A DNA stretch of 64,000 bases from Candidatus Nitrosomirales archaeon (lineage in GTDB: Archaea > Thermoproteota > Nitrososphaeria > Nitrososphaerales > UBA213). Shown here piece after piece: positions 45,359-55,179 of this stretch. The notes under the pieces were generated by a model that was not told where the DNA came from, did not search any database, and worked only from the letters and a program-made list of their open reading frames with translations. The number at the start of each line of letters is the position of its first letter. Position 1 is the first letter of the stretch. Location of the stretch: NCBI GenBank assembly GCA_049199595.1, contig JBMCYV010000005.1, positions 995 through 64,994 of the forward strand. Reading direction: 5' to 3'. The position numbers and the translations under genes were made by a program.

Positions 45359-47116
45359 ATGTGCTCCATCATAGCTTACGTAGGTCATAGAGTAGCTGCG
45401 CCCATGCTGGTTCAAGGCCTAAGGCGTATGGAATACAGGGGGTATGATAGTGTCGGCGTGGCTACGATTTCTAACAAGCGCATTTTGGTCAAGAAAGGTG
45501 TTGGCAAAGTAGAAGAGGTCAACAGATCTCTTGCACTAGAAATGATGGAAGGTAAGGTTGGCATAGGTCACACTAGGTGGGCAACACATGGAGGCGTTAC
45601 AGATTCAAACGCACACCCTCACAAAAATTGCAAAAACGATATAGCGATAGTGCACAATGGAATAATTGACAATTATAACGAACTTAAAAAATCATTAGTT
45701 GCACACGGACACAAGTTTAGGAGCGAGACCGACAGCGAAGTGATTGCGCACCTGCTGGGCGAATTCCTGCACAAGAAACGCGATATCAAGAAAGCAATGA
45801 TCAGCGTAACAAAGAAGTTGAAAGGCACGTATGCATTTGTTGCTGTTTTTGATGATGGGACTGTTGCCGGAGCAAGATTCGACGAGCCTTTGATAGTTGG
45901 AATAGCTAAAGATGGTTACTATGTTTCAAGCGACGTTTTGGGATTTATAGAGCATACAGACAAGGCAATATTTCTGGATAACAACGAGATCGTGATCTTG
46001 AATGATGGATATTCAATATTTGATTTTGACGGTTCCAAGGTAAAGAAGCAGGCAACACAGATAGCTTGGGAGCTTGCAGATGTTGACAAGGGAAAATATG
46101 CCCATCACACTTTGAAGGAGATCAACGAGCAGAAACACACTATTGCAAGCACACTATTCAGCAGAGATCCGAGTATTAACGAGTTTTGCGATATAGTTGC
46201 AGACGCTAAGAGGGTTGTTTTAACTGGTAGCGGTACCAGCTACCATGCAGCACTTATTGCAAAACAACTGCTCTCAAAGTATGCGGGTATTCATTGCGAA
46301 GCCGTGATATCGAGTGAGTTTCAGTCCGCATCAGGGCTTTTTGGAAAGGATTCTGTTTTGGTACCAATCTCCCAGAGCGGTGAAACTGCGGATCTTTTGC
46401 AAGTAGTCAAGGCTGCGAAGGCTCATAAGACAAAGATAGCCTCGATAGTAAATGTACCTACTTCCTCGCTTGCTAGATCAAGTGATCTTTTCCTGGAGAT
46501 GAACTGTGGACCAGAGATCGGTGTTGCGGCAACGAAGAGTTTCACTGCACAGCTTGGTCTTATCTACAGAATTACAGATATTCTTTCTGGTAGAAAATTG
46601 GGTCCTAATAGAAGAGATGTTGAAAGATTCGTAAGCAGGGTCTTGAACGATAGCAAGAACATCGCAAACATAGCTGAAAAGATCAAGTACATAGGCAATA
46701 TCTACATCTTAGGCCGAGGTTTGCACTTCCCAATAGCTCTCGAGGGAGCGCTGAAGTTGAAGGAACTGGTCTACGTTCATGCTGAAGGTTTGCCAGCAGG
46801 AGAGCTCAAGCACGGTCCGTTGGCACTTATGGACGAAAACACAACTGTCATAATGCTAAATCCTGACGACGAAACGTACAGTGATACTTTGTCAAACGTA
46901 CATGAGATCAAGGCAAGGGGTGCGAGAGTCATTGGAGTATCTAACATCAACAGTAGCAAGTATGATAACTGGATAAAGATACCAAAAACAAAAGACATCA
47001 TGTATCCAATACTGGAAGTTATTCCATTGCAGTTGCTTGCATACCACACTGCACTGAAGAGAGAATCAAACCCAGACTATCCGAGGAACTTGGCAAAGTC
47101 TGTTACCGTTAAATGA
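45359..47116 (+). CDS. glmS: glutamine--fructose-6-phosphate aminotransferase
   Basis: The N-terminus MCSIIAYVG carries the Ntn Cys. GHTRWATHG, two SIS domains, C-terminal NLAKSVTV. Confidence 0.95.
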   Translation: MCSIIAYVGHRVAAPMLVQGLRRMEYRGYDSVGVATISNKRILVKKGVGKVEEVNRSLALEMMEGKVGIGHTRWATHGGVTDSNAHPHKNCKNDIAIVHNGIIDNYNELKKSLVAHGHKFRSETDSEVIAHLLGEFLHKKRDIKKAMISVTKKLKGTYAFVAVFDDGTVAGARFDEPLIVGIAKDGYYVSSDVLGFIEHTDKAIFLDNNEIVILNDGYSIFDFDGSKVKKQATQIAWELADVDKGKYAHHTLKEINEQKHTIASTLFSRDPSINEFCDIVADAKRVVLTGSGTSYHAALIAKQLLSKYAGIHCEAVISSEFQSASGLFGKDSVLVPISQSGETADLLQVVKAAKAHKTKIASIVNVPTSSLARSSDLFLEMNCGPEIGVAATKSFTAQLGLIYRITDILSGRKLGPNRRDVERFVSRVLNDSKNIANIAEKIKYIGNIYILGRGLHFPIALEGALKLKELVYVHAEGLPAGELKHGPLALMDENTTVIMLNPDDETYSDTLSNVHEIKARGARVIGVSNINSSKYDNWIKIPKTKDIMYPILEVIPLQLLAYHTALKRESNPDYPRNLAKSVTVK

Positions 47117-47180
47117 GCAAACAATTTACAACACATTTTTTGATCTCCGTTCTTTTAATTTTCACCAGCAATCACATGGT

Positions 47181-47507
47181 ATGGAAAGTAGCCTTGCTAT
47201 GAAGATAAACAACATTATAAAAGAGATGCAGGATGGTTTGGATCCAGCATTACTCGCAAATTGGTACAGTATAGTTCAGAGCAGAGCACGAGAGCTCTCT
47301 CCAGAAGAGTTGCGCGAGAAGATAGTCGTTGAACAAGATCCTATACTCATGATGAAATTCAGATTAAGCATCTCAAAGAGGACAGTTCCATTTGTTATGA
47401 GCGCAATAGACCAGACTCTGCCTGAGATGCCATATTCAACTAGGATGTATTTTGAGAAGGTACAGGAGATAATACTTCAGGAGTTTGCTAGGACAGGAGC
47501 TCTATAG
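47181..47507 (+). CDS. hypothetical protein
   Basis: 108-aa ORF with helical composition and no recognised family. Its 3' end overlaps the convergent cobT by 20 nt. Confidence 0.4.
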   Translation: MESSLAMKINNIIKEMQDGLDPALLANWYSIVQSRARELSPEELREKIVVEQDPILMMKFRLSISKRTVPFVMSAIDQTLPEMPYSTRMYFEKVQEIILQEFARTGAL

Positions 47508-48594
47508 AACGCTCGTACTCTCTTTCTATTTCACGCAACAACTTGCTTCCATCTATAGCGCCATTGCTCTTGAGCATAGCAGCTATGCATGCACCACCAG
47601 CACCAACACCTTCCTTTACAAAACCATTCGCGTATGCGCGTAAACCATTCTTTTTTGATTTATCCAAGTGTGGATCACATGAAAGTATAGGAAGATCTGC
47701 AATGGATTTGATCAATTGACGCAAATCTGAAGTTTTGTCGTCAAGAATGTATCTCGTTGTACCTACGACCATATTGTCGAGTGCATCCTCATCTATTACA
47801 TGGATCAACGAAACAACGGCAGCCATTTGAGTTCCTCCAGCAAGCATAACACTCGATGCTTCTGAAGCTCCCACGGCAATTCCAGCCAATGCTGGCAACA
47901 TAGGATCTCCTAGATGCGCTACAGCTTCAAATGGTTTGTTTGCGAGCGAGGCGAAAGTTACCGAAGCAGCTTTCATTCCGCGCTCTACAGTAGTTAGTTT
48001 CAGTCCATGAGGATTTTCTGGCATGCTACTACTAACTTTGTATCGCGCATCTACCCCCATAGCCAGCAGGACACCCAGTGCAGTAGTAGTACCAGCAGGT
48101 ATACTCTCTCCTATCACTAGATGATCTGTTGTCTTGCTCAACTTGCTACCCAACTCGACACCGTTTTCGAAAGCCTTCTTTACCATTGTTATATCAAGAG
48201 CTCTGCCATGAACTATGTTCTTGCCATGCTCTAGCCCAAGCGAAACAAACGGGAGATCAGGTTTTACTATACTTCCAGCGTCAACAATGGTTAATGGAAT
48301 TTCCGCACTTTTTAGGGCTACCCTAGTTATCAGGGCTGGTGTAGGTTTTCCATCTGGCGTGGCAGGAACTGTATCTATGCACCTACACTCTCCATGGTAA
48401 AGGAATTCAGCATCCGCAGCCGGTGTATACTTGACCAACTCTGCATCTGCACCAGCAACCGTAATACCTGGAATCTCGCAGGTTTCTGTATATGAGATAA
48501 CGCATACGAAGTGACAGTTCTTTCCTGAAACTTTCTTTATGAAACTGCTTGCACGTTCCTCATTACCATTAACAGTTACATCCTTTAGCATCAA
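47488..48594 (-). CDS. cobT: archaeal-type nicotinate-nucleotide--dimethylbenzimidazole phosphoribosyltransferase (UPF0284/CobT)
   Basis: YTETCEIPGITVAGADAELVKYTPAADAEFLYHGECRCIDTVPATPDGKPTPALITR closely follows my recollection of the MJ1598-type family N-terminus. Confidence 0.85.
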   Translation of the reverse strand: MMLKDVTVNGNEERASSFIKKVSGKNCHFVCVISYTETCEIPGITVAGADAELVKYTPAADAEFLYHGECRCIDTVPATPDGKPTPALITRVALKSAEIPLTIVDAGSIVKPDLPFVSLGLEHGKNIVHGRALDITMVKKAFENGVELGSKLSKTTDHLVIGESIPAGTTTALGVLLAMGVDARYKVSSSMPENPHGLKLTTVERGMKAASVTFASLANKPFEAVAHLGDPMLPALAGIAVGASEASSVMLAGGTQMAAVVSLIHVIDEDALDNMVVGTTRYILDDKTSDLRQLIKSIADLPILSCDPHLDKSKKNGLRAYANGFVKEGVGAGGACIAAMLKSNGAIDGSKLLREIEREYERSIELLS

Positions 48595-49217
48595 TCGCCA
48601 CTTCGCATGAAGAGCATAAACTCTTCTCTGGTTCTCGGTTTCAGAACGTAGTTTGTTTTCTTTTCATCACCAATTGTCGAAGTAGGTTGGCCGCCGTAGT
48701 CATGTCCAGGATAGATTTTCATACGTTCATCTAGTTTTGCCAGTTTTCCGAAAAGGCTGTCATAAAGTTCGGAAGCATTTCCACCGGGAAGATCGATTCT
48801 GCCACAGCTTCCTACGAAGAGAGTATCACCTGTGAATAACTTGTCCTCCATAAGCAGGCAGATCGCATCTTTTGAATGTCCTGGCGTATGAATGATCCTT
48901 ATGTTCAAGCTGCCAACCTGAATTGTGGAACCATCCTCTACTGTAATGTCCTTGTCGAGTGTAGAGTTCTTGTGCATGATTATCTTTGCGCCTGTCAATG
49001 TTGCCAGTTGTTCATTACCAAGCACATGATCAAAATGTGTATGGGTATTGATTATATACTGCAGTTTCAGGTCGTTCACCTTGAGCATATCTAGAACTTT
49101 CTCCAGATCCCACGACGGATCTACTACCGCAGCTGCCCTGGTTTTCTCATCACCAATTATGTAAGTGAAGTTGGCCATAGAACCAACTGGTATCTGTTTC
49201 AAAATCATCAAGAACAC
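48591..49217 (-). CDS. MBL-fold metallo-hydrolase (glyoxalase II-like)
   Basis: THTHFDHVLGN (HxHxDH), HTPGHS, GDTLF...GR, PGHDYG. Confidence 0.85.
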   Translation of the reverse strand: MFLMILKQIPVGSMANFTYIIGDEKTRAAAVVDPSWDLEKVLDMLKVNDLKLQYIINTHTHFDHVLGNEQLATLTGAKIIMHKNSTLDKDITVEDGSTIQVGSLNIRIIHTPGHSKDAICLLMEDKLFTGDTLFVGSCGRIDLPGGNASELYDSLFGKLAKLDERMKIYPGHDYGGQPTSTIGDEKKTNYVLKPRTREEFMLFMRSGD

Positions 49218-49892
49218 CTACTGTTCCGCATCAGGAGGTATTCCAATGGGCTCTACTATTATCTTTCCACAGACGCTTTTCTTGGGTAAACCTTTTTTCA
49301 TCCTGTGGAAGGTTATCGTCGCATCTGCCTTTACACACTTGTCATGGATCTCGCCTGTATCGGGGTCTAGCCCAGATGGTACATCTACTGCAACCTTGTA
49401 TGCCTTTGATCTGTTTATTGCATCTATGGCACTTGCATGAGGCTCGCTTATTGTGCCCCTTATGCCAGTTCCAAAGATGCCATCGATTATTATACGAGCA
49501 CTGTTTATGATTTTCATTAGTTCCTTGCTTACCTCTTTAGCCAATATTAGATCGATGCTATTCATTTGCTCAAGTATACTCCAGTTAATCCGTGCTTCCT
49601 CGCTCTTGAGATCCTTTGGACTCCCTAGCAAAATTACTGTGATCCCAGCACCATAGTATGCAAGGTGTCTGGCAGCTACGAAAGCATCACCGCCGTTGTT
49701 ACCTGTTCCTGCAATAACAGCTACCTTCACCTTATTCAGTTTCTTGAACTTGTTTAATATATGATCAGCAACACCACTGCCAGCATTCTCCATCATGAAG
49801 ACCCGTAACATGCCCATGTTATGCGCTTTCTGCTCAACCTGTCTCATTCTCTCAGCGGTTATCGTTTGCACGCACAACCTAGCAAGTATCAT
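49218..49892 (-). CDS. NAD(P)H-hydrate epimerase (YjeF N-terminal domain)
   Basis: VAVIAGTGNNGGDAFVAARHL and DGIFGTGIRG motifs. 224 aa. Confidence 0.85.
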   Translation of the reverse strand: MILARLCVQTITAERMRQVEQKAHNMGMLRVFMMENAGSGVADHILNKFKKLNKVKVAVIAGTGNNGGDAFVAARHLAYYGAGITVILLGSPKDLKSEEARINWSILEQMNSIDLILAKEVSKELMKIINSARIIIDGIFGTGIRGTISEPHASAIDAINRSKAYKVAVDVPSGLDPDTGEIHDKCVKADATITFHRMKKGLPKKSVCGKIIVEPIGIPPDAEQ

Positions 49893-50368
49893 GCATATTG
49901 ACTTTACCGTTTGACAGGAATATTTCTTATTTCATTAAATATCATTTTAAATTATCGTATTTTCGCTGTCTACTGTAACGAATAATGGTTTGGCTATGCG
50001 AATCTGAACAATGATGTTATTGCTGAATGGGGATACATCAGCATGCAGGAATTGATTGATAATGGAGCTATTAGAGATAGGAATTGGAAGCCCTGCGCGT
50101 ATGAAGAAGCGATAAAGAAGATCAAGAATTACAGATACGAATAGTAGTTGAAACACTTATTCCGCAGTATTCCTTTAGTACTTGTTCAATCAATAACACA
50201 ATGATGGATCGCTCTGTCAACTCTGGAAAGTTATACGGGAATTTGTCACTGCGAATATCTTACGTTTACTCCGAACGTTGTTTATTTAACACAAATGCTA
50301 CATTTTCTAATTTTTGGGTCTTTAGCTAATGTTAACCCTTAAATTGGCGGATATCAAAATAAAAATCA

Positions 50369-50668
50369 TTGAGAAATCTACTCTTTGTCGGTGTCGCGGT
50401 TCTAGTAGCAGGTTGCATCATGTTTGGTGCTTGGATAGTTGGCTATGATGTTCAATACAACCGACTAACCATAGACAAGATACTAGAAATAACACGATAT
50501 TACTTTACTTGCGAAAAATGGTTCTTTTCTTATAACACTCCGCCATGCTTGAATGGTCACACTGCTGGGTGGGACATGATTCCTGTCACAGCGATACTAG
50601 GTGGGTTAGCACTGATAATTTATGCGCTAATAAGTAAGCCGAAGAAAAATATAGGCATAATTAGGTAA
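50369..50668 (+). CDS. small two-TM membrane protein with a Cys-x11-Cys loop
   Basis: 99 aa, TTG start. Architecture is TM1, loop CEKWFFSYNTPPC, TM2, basic tail. Confidence 0.45.
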   Translation: MRNLLFVGVAVLVAGCIMFGAWIVGYDVQYNRLTIDKILEITRYYFTCEKWFFSYNTPPCLNGHTAGWDMIPVTAILGGLALIIYALISKPKKNIGIIR

Positions 50669-50821
50669 TATTCGAAAAGACAAAAGTATAACGTATCTCT
50701 GTATCGCATGATTCACGAGGATCAATTATTCAAATTTGCCGTATAAACTTACATCAAATTACGATAGATTGCAAAATAAGCTGCAAAATGTCAGTGAGTG
50801 CTTGAGAAGTCTACTGTGTAG

Positions 50822-51151
50822 TTAAGTTTCGCCATGAGTGCAATCTTTTGCAGGTACAGTAACATGGGAATTTGCAACAAACTTTGTTAATCCGAGGATA
50901 GCAGCACCTGATACAGAAATTATAATTGACAACGCTATTCCTAAATCTTGGTTGTTCAGTATCATTTTTGCAACAGCTGGTGCATCCTGCGCCATATAAC
51001 ATCCTCCGGCGTTCGGAGCAGTAGAATCATATAGTGGACATAATACGATGACTTGAGCAGTTGTAACAACATATTCGATGAGAACGAACGAAATTATACC
51101 AACCACAAGTAGTCCTATGCCAATATATCTTAATGACCTGACACTGTACAT
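50822..51151 (-). CDS. small two-TM membrane protein with a Cys-x11-Cys loop
   Basis: 109 aa. Architecture is TM1, loop CPLYDSTAPNAGGC, TM2. The topology matches that of the 50369-50668 protein. Confidence 0.45.
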   Translation of the reverse strand: MYSVRSLRYIGIGLLVVGIISFVLIEYVVTTAQVIVLCPLYDSTAPNAGGCYMAQDAPAVAKMILNNQDLGIALSIIISVSGAAILGLTKFVANSHVTVPAKDCTHGET

Positions 51152-51297
51152 ATAATTACTACTCCTTAGCTCTTAATTAATTTAACCTAGCAGAGGCAAT
51201 TTATGCTTGTCAAAGTGCTACAAGCAGTTATGCAATGCGAGAATCTCCAATTAACTCAACGATAGTTACAGCAATTGGACATCTAGCCTAAATCAAA

Positions 51298-51489
51298 TTA
51301 TATTCTCTGATTGATAGAAATTCCATTATTTATTATCTCTGAAGTTGCTTGTTTATGAAAGCAAATTCCTCCGCCTCTTGGAAAATCGAACGAGTATCTA
51401 GGCACTAGAACATTGATTGCTATAAAAAGCGCTAAAGAGGCTAGTGCTGCCAAAGCAATAACCATTGTTAACTTATTCCTTTGCCGCAT
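51298..51489 (-). CDS. small single-TM hypothetical protein
   Basis: 63 aa. One hydrophobic helix (MVIALAALASLALFIAINVLV) follows a basic N-terminus. Confidence 0.3.
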   Translation of the reverse strand: MRQRNKLTMVIALAALASLALFIAINVLVPRYSFDFPRGGGICFHKQATSEIINNGISINQRI

Positions 51490-51614
51490 GCTACAAAATA
51501 TGATGTGTGCATTAAACTAATAGTTCTATACTTAGAACATCGTCCTAGTTGCTGTTCTAAAAGATAGGTTAAAGGCATTCGCTACTCATACTGTATGATG
51601 GGAAGGAATCAAAA

Positions 51615-52460
51615 ATGACATCAAAATATGCTTTGCACAATGCCATTTCTTTCTGTACATGTTTCCTTTTTGTTGCTACTCTGATTTTAGCATCAAATTT
51701 CATCATAAACCCAGTATTAGCATATGCTTCCCATCCTCCTAAAGGAATAGCTGGTACAGTGAGTAGTGATGGTTGTAGAGTAATAGGTGGAACAACGCAG
51801 CCATTTGTAGATAGACATGCAAATGAGCCGGATGTTGCTATTGAATCCTGCCTATATGACAATGGTAATTACATCATAGCCAATGAAGTAGGTTGCAGGG
51901 AAAGTATTGGTGTAGGTAAGGTTCCTGTTACTGGACAAGTGTATGAATTTCCAACTCCATGTGATGTGCCCAGACCATGCGCTATGTACCAAAGTTGGGG
52001 TCACATTGAGACAGATACCTTGTACAGTACCAAAATGCAAGTGAAAGTAGATGAGAGACAATTCGATATAGTAATTAAATCACAAGGAATAGTCTGTGGT
52101 TCGGGACTTGGTCAAGATCTAAAGCTTGTATTTGTAGATGTCCGTGGGTTAAATGGTACTGATGGTTCTGTTGCTGTCACAATTCCACATGAACTCCTAG
52201 ATGGTGAATATAAAGTACGTATAGACGGAAAGCCTGCAGAATTTGAAACCCGAAGTACAGAAACACATTCCGAAATTACAACTGCATTTACTTTCCCCCC
52301 ACCCTCAGAGAGGGATTATGCTATTGTGGCAAGAAATATCGCAATTTCAGGAACTACCGCAATTCCAGAATTTCCAGTTAATTTGATGGCAATAGCAGCA
52401 ATTGGATTGATGGGAGTGTTGGTTGCTATACGATTAAAACATAACATAGTTCGCCGATAA
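51615..52460 (+). CDS. secreted protein with a PEFG-CTERM-like sorting tail (PEFP variant)
   Basis: N-terminal hydrophobic signal and a Cys-containing ectodomain. The C-terminus TAIPEFPVNLMAIAAIGLMGVLVAIRLKHNIVRR reads as motif, TM helix, then basic cluster. Confidence 0.6.
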   Translation: MTSKYALHNAISFCTCFLFVATLILASNFIINPVLAYASHPPKGIAGTVSSDGCRVIGGTTQPFVDRHANEPDVAIESCLYDNGNYIIANEVGCRESIGVGKVPVTGQVYEFPTPCDVPRPCAMYQSWGHIETDTLYSTKMQVKVDERQFDIVIKSQGIVCGSGLGQDLKLVFVDVRGLNGTDGSVAVTIPHELLDGEYKVRIDGKPAEFETRSTETHSEITTAFTFPPPSERDYAIVARNIAISGTTAIPEFPVNLMAIAAIGLMGVLVAIRLKHNIVRR

Positions 52461-52491
52461 GATATTATCTGAGAGTTTCAAATTATGATTA

Positions 52492-52995
52492 TTGGCAACA
52501 TTACACATTCTTACAAACAACCGACTTGCAAAGAAAACATTACTTCCTTTAACAGTTAGCGGAGCCGTTATCTTGGTTGTTGTAATCGTGCTAGCCTCAC
52601 AGTTTCAGATACCTGCTAATAAGCAAGTTTACTCTTCGATCTGGATTACGGTAAATCAAATTAGCCCAACTGGTCTAAACTCCGACTTGGGTGTGCAGCC
52701 AGTAACCATTGCCAAGGGAAAACTAGCCGCATACCCAGAATTAAAAGCAATTATAGCGGAGGTAAACAGAGCCAATGAGGAAATGGGCTCTAACGCACCT
52801 GAGGTTCAAGCTCAGATACGATCAGAATTAGCTGGTACACTAATGCGTGAGTTTCCGTTTAAGGAAGTAACAGCGAAATTAGTTGTCGCTCTACCCGAAG
52901 AATCTGGTCTAGGAGTAAAAACATTTGCAGCTCTAGTTACAGAGGACAATGTTCACTATTATGCAATATTCCTTCGCTTTCATCCTGCAACATAG
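52492..52995 (+). CDS. N-terminally anchored hypothetical protein
   Basis: 167 aa, TTG start, with one N-terminal TM helix (LLPLTVSGAVILVVVIVLA). No family was recognised. Confidence 0.45.
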   Translation: MATLHILTNNRLAKKTLLPLTVSGAVILVVVIVLASQFQIPANKQVYSSIWITVNQISPTGLNSDLGVQPVTIAKGKLAAYPELKAIIAEVNRANEEMGSNAPEVQAQIRSELAGTLMREFPFKEVTAKLVVALPEESGLGVKTFAALVTEDNVHYYAIFLRFHPAT

Positions 52996-53058
52996 ACCAT
53001 AATGTAATAAAAACTGCATATATTATTAACATATAGATTTGAACAAATAGTAATTCGT

Positions 53059-53440
53059 GTGAAGAGAAATGTCTCTCGCATCATAACCTTCGCAGAACTA
53101 ATAGTATCCTGGAAGAAAACAATCGAACTGAATACATGGAACACGAAATTCAGACGAGATTTTCTAATATGTGCTTCGCAGAAATTAGATAAAGAAACCT
53201 GCCAATTATATAACACCGATCCTACTTCCCTTACCAAAGGTGCAGTAATAGAAAGCTGTTATCTATGATGTTAAGGAATACAAAAGCAAGAAAGAATTCA
53301 TAGCAGATAACAACAAACTTCTTGCTCCAGAAGGATATGCTGATCATAAGTATGGATTTCTGATTAAAGACGCAGCGAGATTTGATAAGCCGATTTACAT
53401 ACCTGGAAGATTGAATTTGTCTAATGTGAACATCCTGTAG
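53059..53440 (+). pseudogene. ASCH-domain gene interrupted by a frameshift near 53250-53266
   Basis: Frame 1 (53059-53268) gives FAELIVSWKKTIELNTWNTKFRRDFLICASQKLDKE..GAVIESCYL*. The next frame is open from 53252 to the TAG at 53438-53440 and continues KAVIYDVKEYKSKKEFIADNNKLLAPEGYADHKYGFLIKDAARFDKPIYIPGRLNLSNV. Joined, they give a typical ~127-aa ASCH protein. Confidence 0.65.
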
Positions 53441-53491
53441 TTCACTTCTGAAAGTTACGTTTAATATCAGCCTTGACGATAAATAACAAGT

Positions 53492-54472
53492 TTGAAGTTA
53501 TTCGAATTAGCCTTGGTGGCAATGCTACTAACTTTAATTTTTGCCATCCAAGAAGCTGATGCCAGCAATGGTATACGAATCAAAGGTTTTATGAAAGGAG
53601 ATAATGAAGTTGTAATCGTACTAGAGAATAAATCAAACAAGTCCTTTAACACATTGGCCCTACAAGCCTTTAATGTGCAGATAAAGGAAATCTTAACACC
53701 AGAAGGTTGGTACGCTCAGCCCAATGTAACGGACAAACCCTTTGCGGGAATAGTAATAACATCAAAAGACCAAATTAACGTAGCACCAAGTTCTTTACAA
53801 TTTACCTTCAAAATTAATAGTGGTGAAGAAAAAATAAAGTTCAAATGGTCTGCGCATGGATCGAATTATGGTCCTGTGACGATTGATTATATGGTGGCAA
53901 AGGGGGCATTCAAAATAATGAGCGGTAATCAGATCAGCCAATATGCACCATCAAATGTCAAATGCGATGGAAAACTCATTCCACCACGTGATGATAAGAA
54001 TGGTATTACAATACTTTTGATGCAACCAAATTCAACGGCAACTGCGTGTGTTACTTACGAGTTTGTCTCCGACTGGCTAATATATCCCAATAAGTATCTG
54101 TATCCAGAAGGCGTAGCTCGCTTTAGCCTTGGCATAGGCAAATTCAACAAGGATACTCCACCTGACTTATTTGGAATGAGTGCGATTCCAAACAAGCTTA
54201 ATGTTACTGGTGCAACTAATGGTACAAAATTTACTGTACTATACAAAATTTATGCAACACCTGACTCAAAAGGGTTCTATGACTATTCTGTACGAGCAGG
54301 TTTGTGTAATCACTATCCTCTGGCAGTGGGCTATGCTGCTTCACAGGTACATGCATCAGACTTTTCTCCGGAGATAGGAATTCCTCCACTTTGTGCTTTC
54401 ATTTTATACAAGGTTGATTCTGTAAGGATATCTGGTATGGACTACACACAGATAGTTTTCCCACCCCCTTGA
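53492..54472 (+). CDS. secreted hypothetical protein
   Basis: 326 aa, TTG start, signal MKLFELALVAMLLTLIFAIQEADA. Beta-rich. The N-terminal domain resembles that of the 5663-6382 protein. Confidence 0.6.
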   Translation: MKLFELALVAMLLTLIFAIQEADASNGIRIKGFMKGDNEVVIVLENKSNKSFNTLALQAFNVQIKEILTPEGWYAQPNVTDKPFAGIVITSKDQINVAPSSLQFTFKINSGEEKIKFKWSAHGSNYGPVTIDYMVAKGAFKIMSGNQISQYAPSNVKCDGKLIPPRDDKNGITILLMQPNSTATACVTYEFVSDWLIYPNKYLYPEGVARFSLGIGKFNKDTPPDLFGMSAIPNKLNVTGATNGTKFTVLYKIYATPDSKGFYDYSVRAGLCNHYPLAVGYAASQVHASDFSPEIGIPPLCAFILYKVDSVRISGMDYTQIVFPPP

Positions 54473-54688
54473 CAAAGTCGCTCATGGGTTAGTTTTCATG
54501 AAAAAACAATGATGATACTCCTGTCTACAGCGTTGAAGTCAGAGCTCAAGAAGGTGCAATATGGATAATTTATCTATGACTTCAAATCCCAGACAGCAAA
54601 TCTAACGGGCTCGACTTCTTCATGCAGGGGAAAGAACGGAACCCTCTAAGAGGACTGGAGCATGTGACGCGGCAGTTATACCGGTTCA

Positions 54689-54730
54689 GCAGTTTAAAAA
54701 TAAAATGACGGTCGGTAGGTCAGTCCTACC
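54689..54730 (-). terminator. hairpin plus oligo-T tract downstream of the 54726-55037 gene
   Basis: On the minus strand, GGTAGG-ACTGA-CCTACC (54714-54730, overlapping the stop codon) is followed by cattttatttttaaa. Confidence 0.35.
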
Positions 54731-55037
54731 CTATATGTTTGCACCAATCAACAACATCCTTGAACGTTATCAAGGGAACAATCTTTGCAGAGTTAAAGCT
54801 GGCCACACCTGCATCGACGCAGAACTTTTGTACCATAAACGGATCTTCAGCATCTACAACCCAAAGGAATGTGTGTTCCAGCGCTGAATGATACGTTCCC
54901 AGAATCTTGTTGATCTTGTACTTCTTGGCTACTGACTCCAAATCAGGAGGTATGCTTAGAACAACTTTTCTGCTTTCGGCATTGTTCAGCGGACATGATT
55001 CTACGGTGTGACTGCCCCAGATTCCGTACAAAGCCAT
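54726..55037 (-). CDS. hypothetical small soluble protein
   Basis: 103-aa ORF with an alpha/beta-like pattern. No family was recognised. Confidence 0.5.
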   Translation of the reverse strand: MALYGIWGSHTVESCPLNNAESRKVVLSIPPDLESVAKKYKINKILGTYHSALEHTFLWVVDAEDPFMVQKFCVDAGVASFNSAKIVPLITFKDVVDWCKHIG

Positions 55038-55179
55038 ATTCTAGTTTCTTAACAAGTTACTATTAAAACTAGATCTTTGCGTACATATGTATGCCTTTGT
55101 CAAGCAAGTCATAACCATAACGAATGCTAGTGATCTAGAACTACACTAACTATTTTGATATCGGATAGCACGCAGTTCT

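Noticed and set aside
49986-50143. Open frame WFGYANLNNDVIAEWGYISMQELIDNGAIRDRNWKPCAYEEAIKKIKNYRYE in the long spacer.
   Set aside because: It has no canonical start codon before an internal Met (33 codons remain) and no recognisable family. It could be a gene remnant, but that cannot be supported.
52980-53237. 85-aa minus-strand ORF.
   Set aside because: It is antisense to the ASCH-domain reading frame, which has clear family motifs.
54509-54515. Perfect C-box heptamer ATGATGA in the 54473-54725 spacer.
   Set aside because: No CTGA D box occurs anywhere downstream on the same strand, and there is no terminal stem. The region yields only 14-19-codon ORFs.
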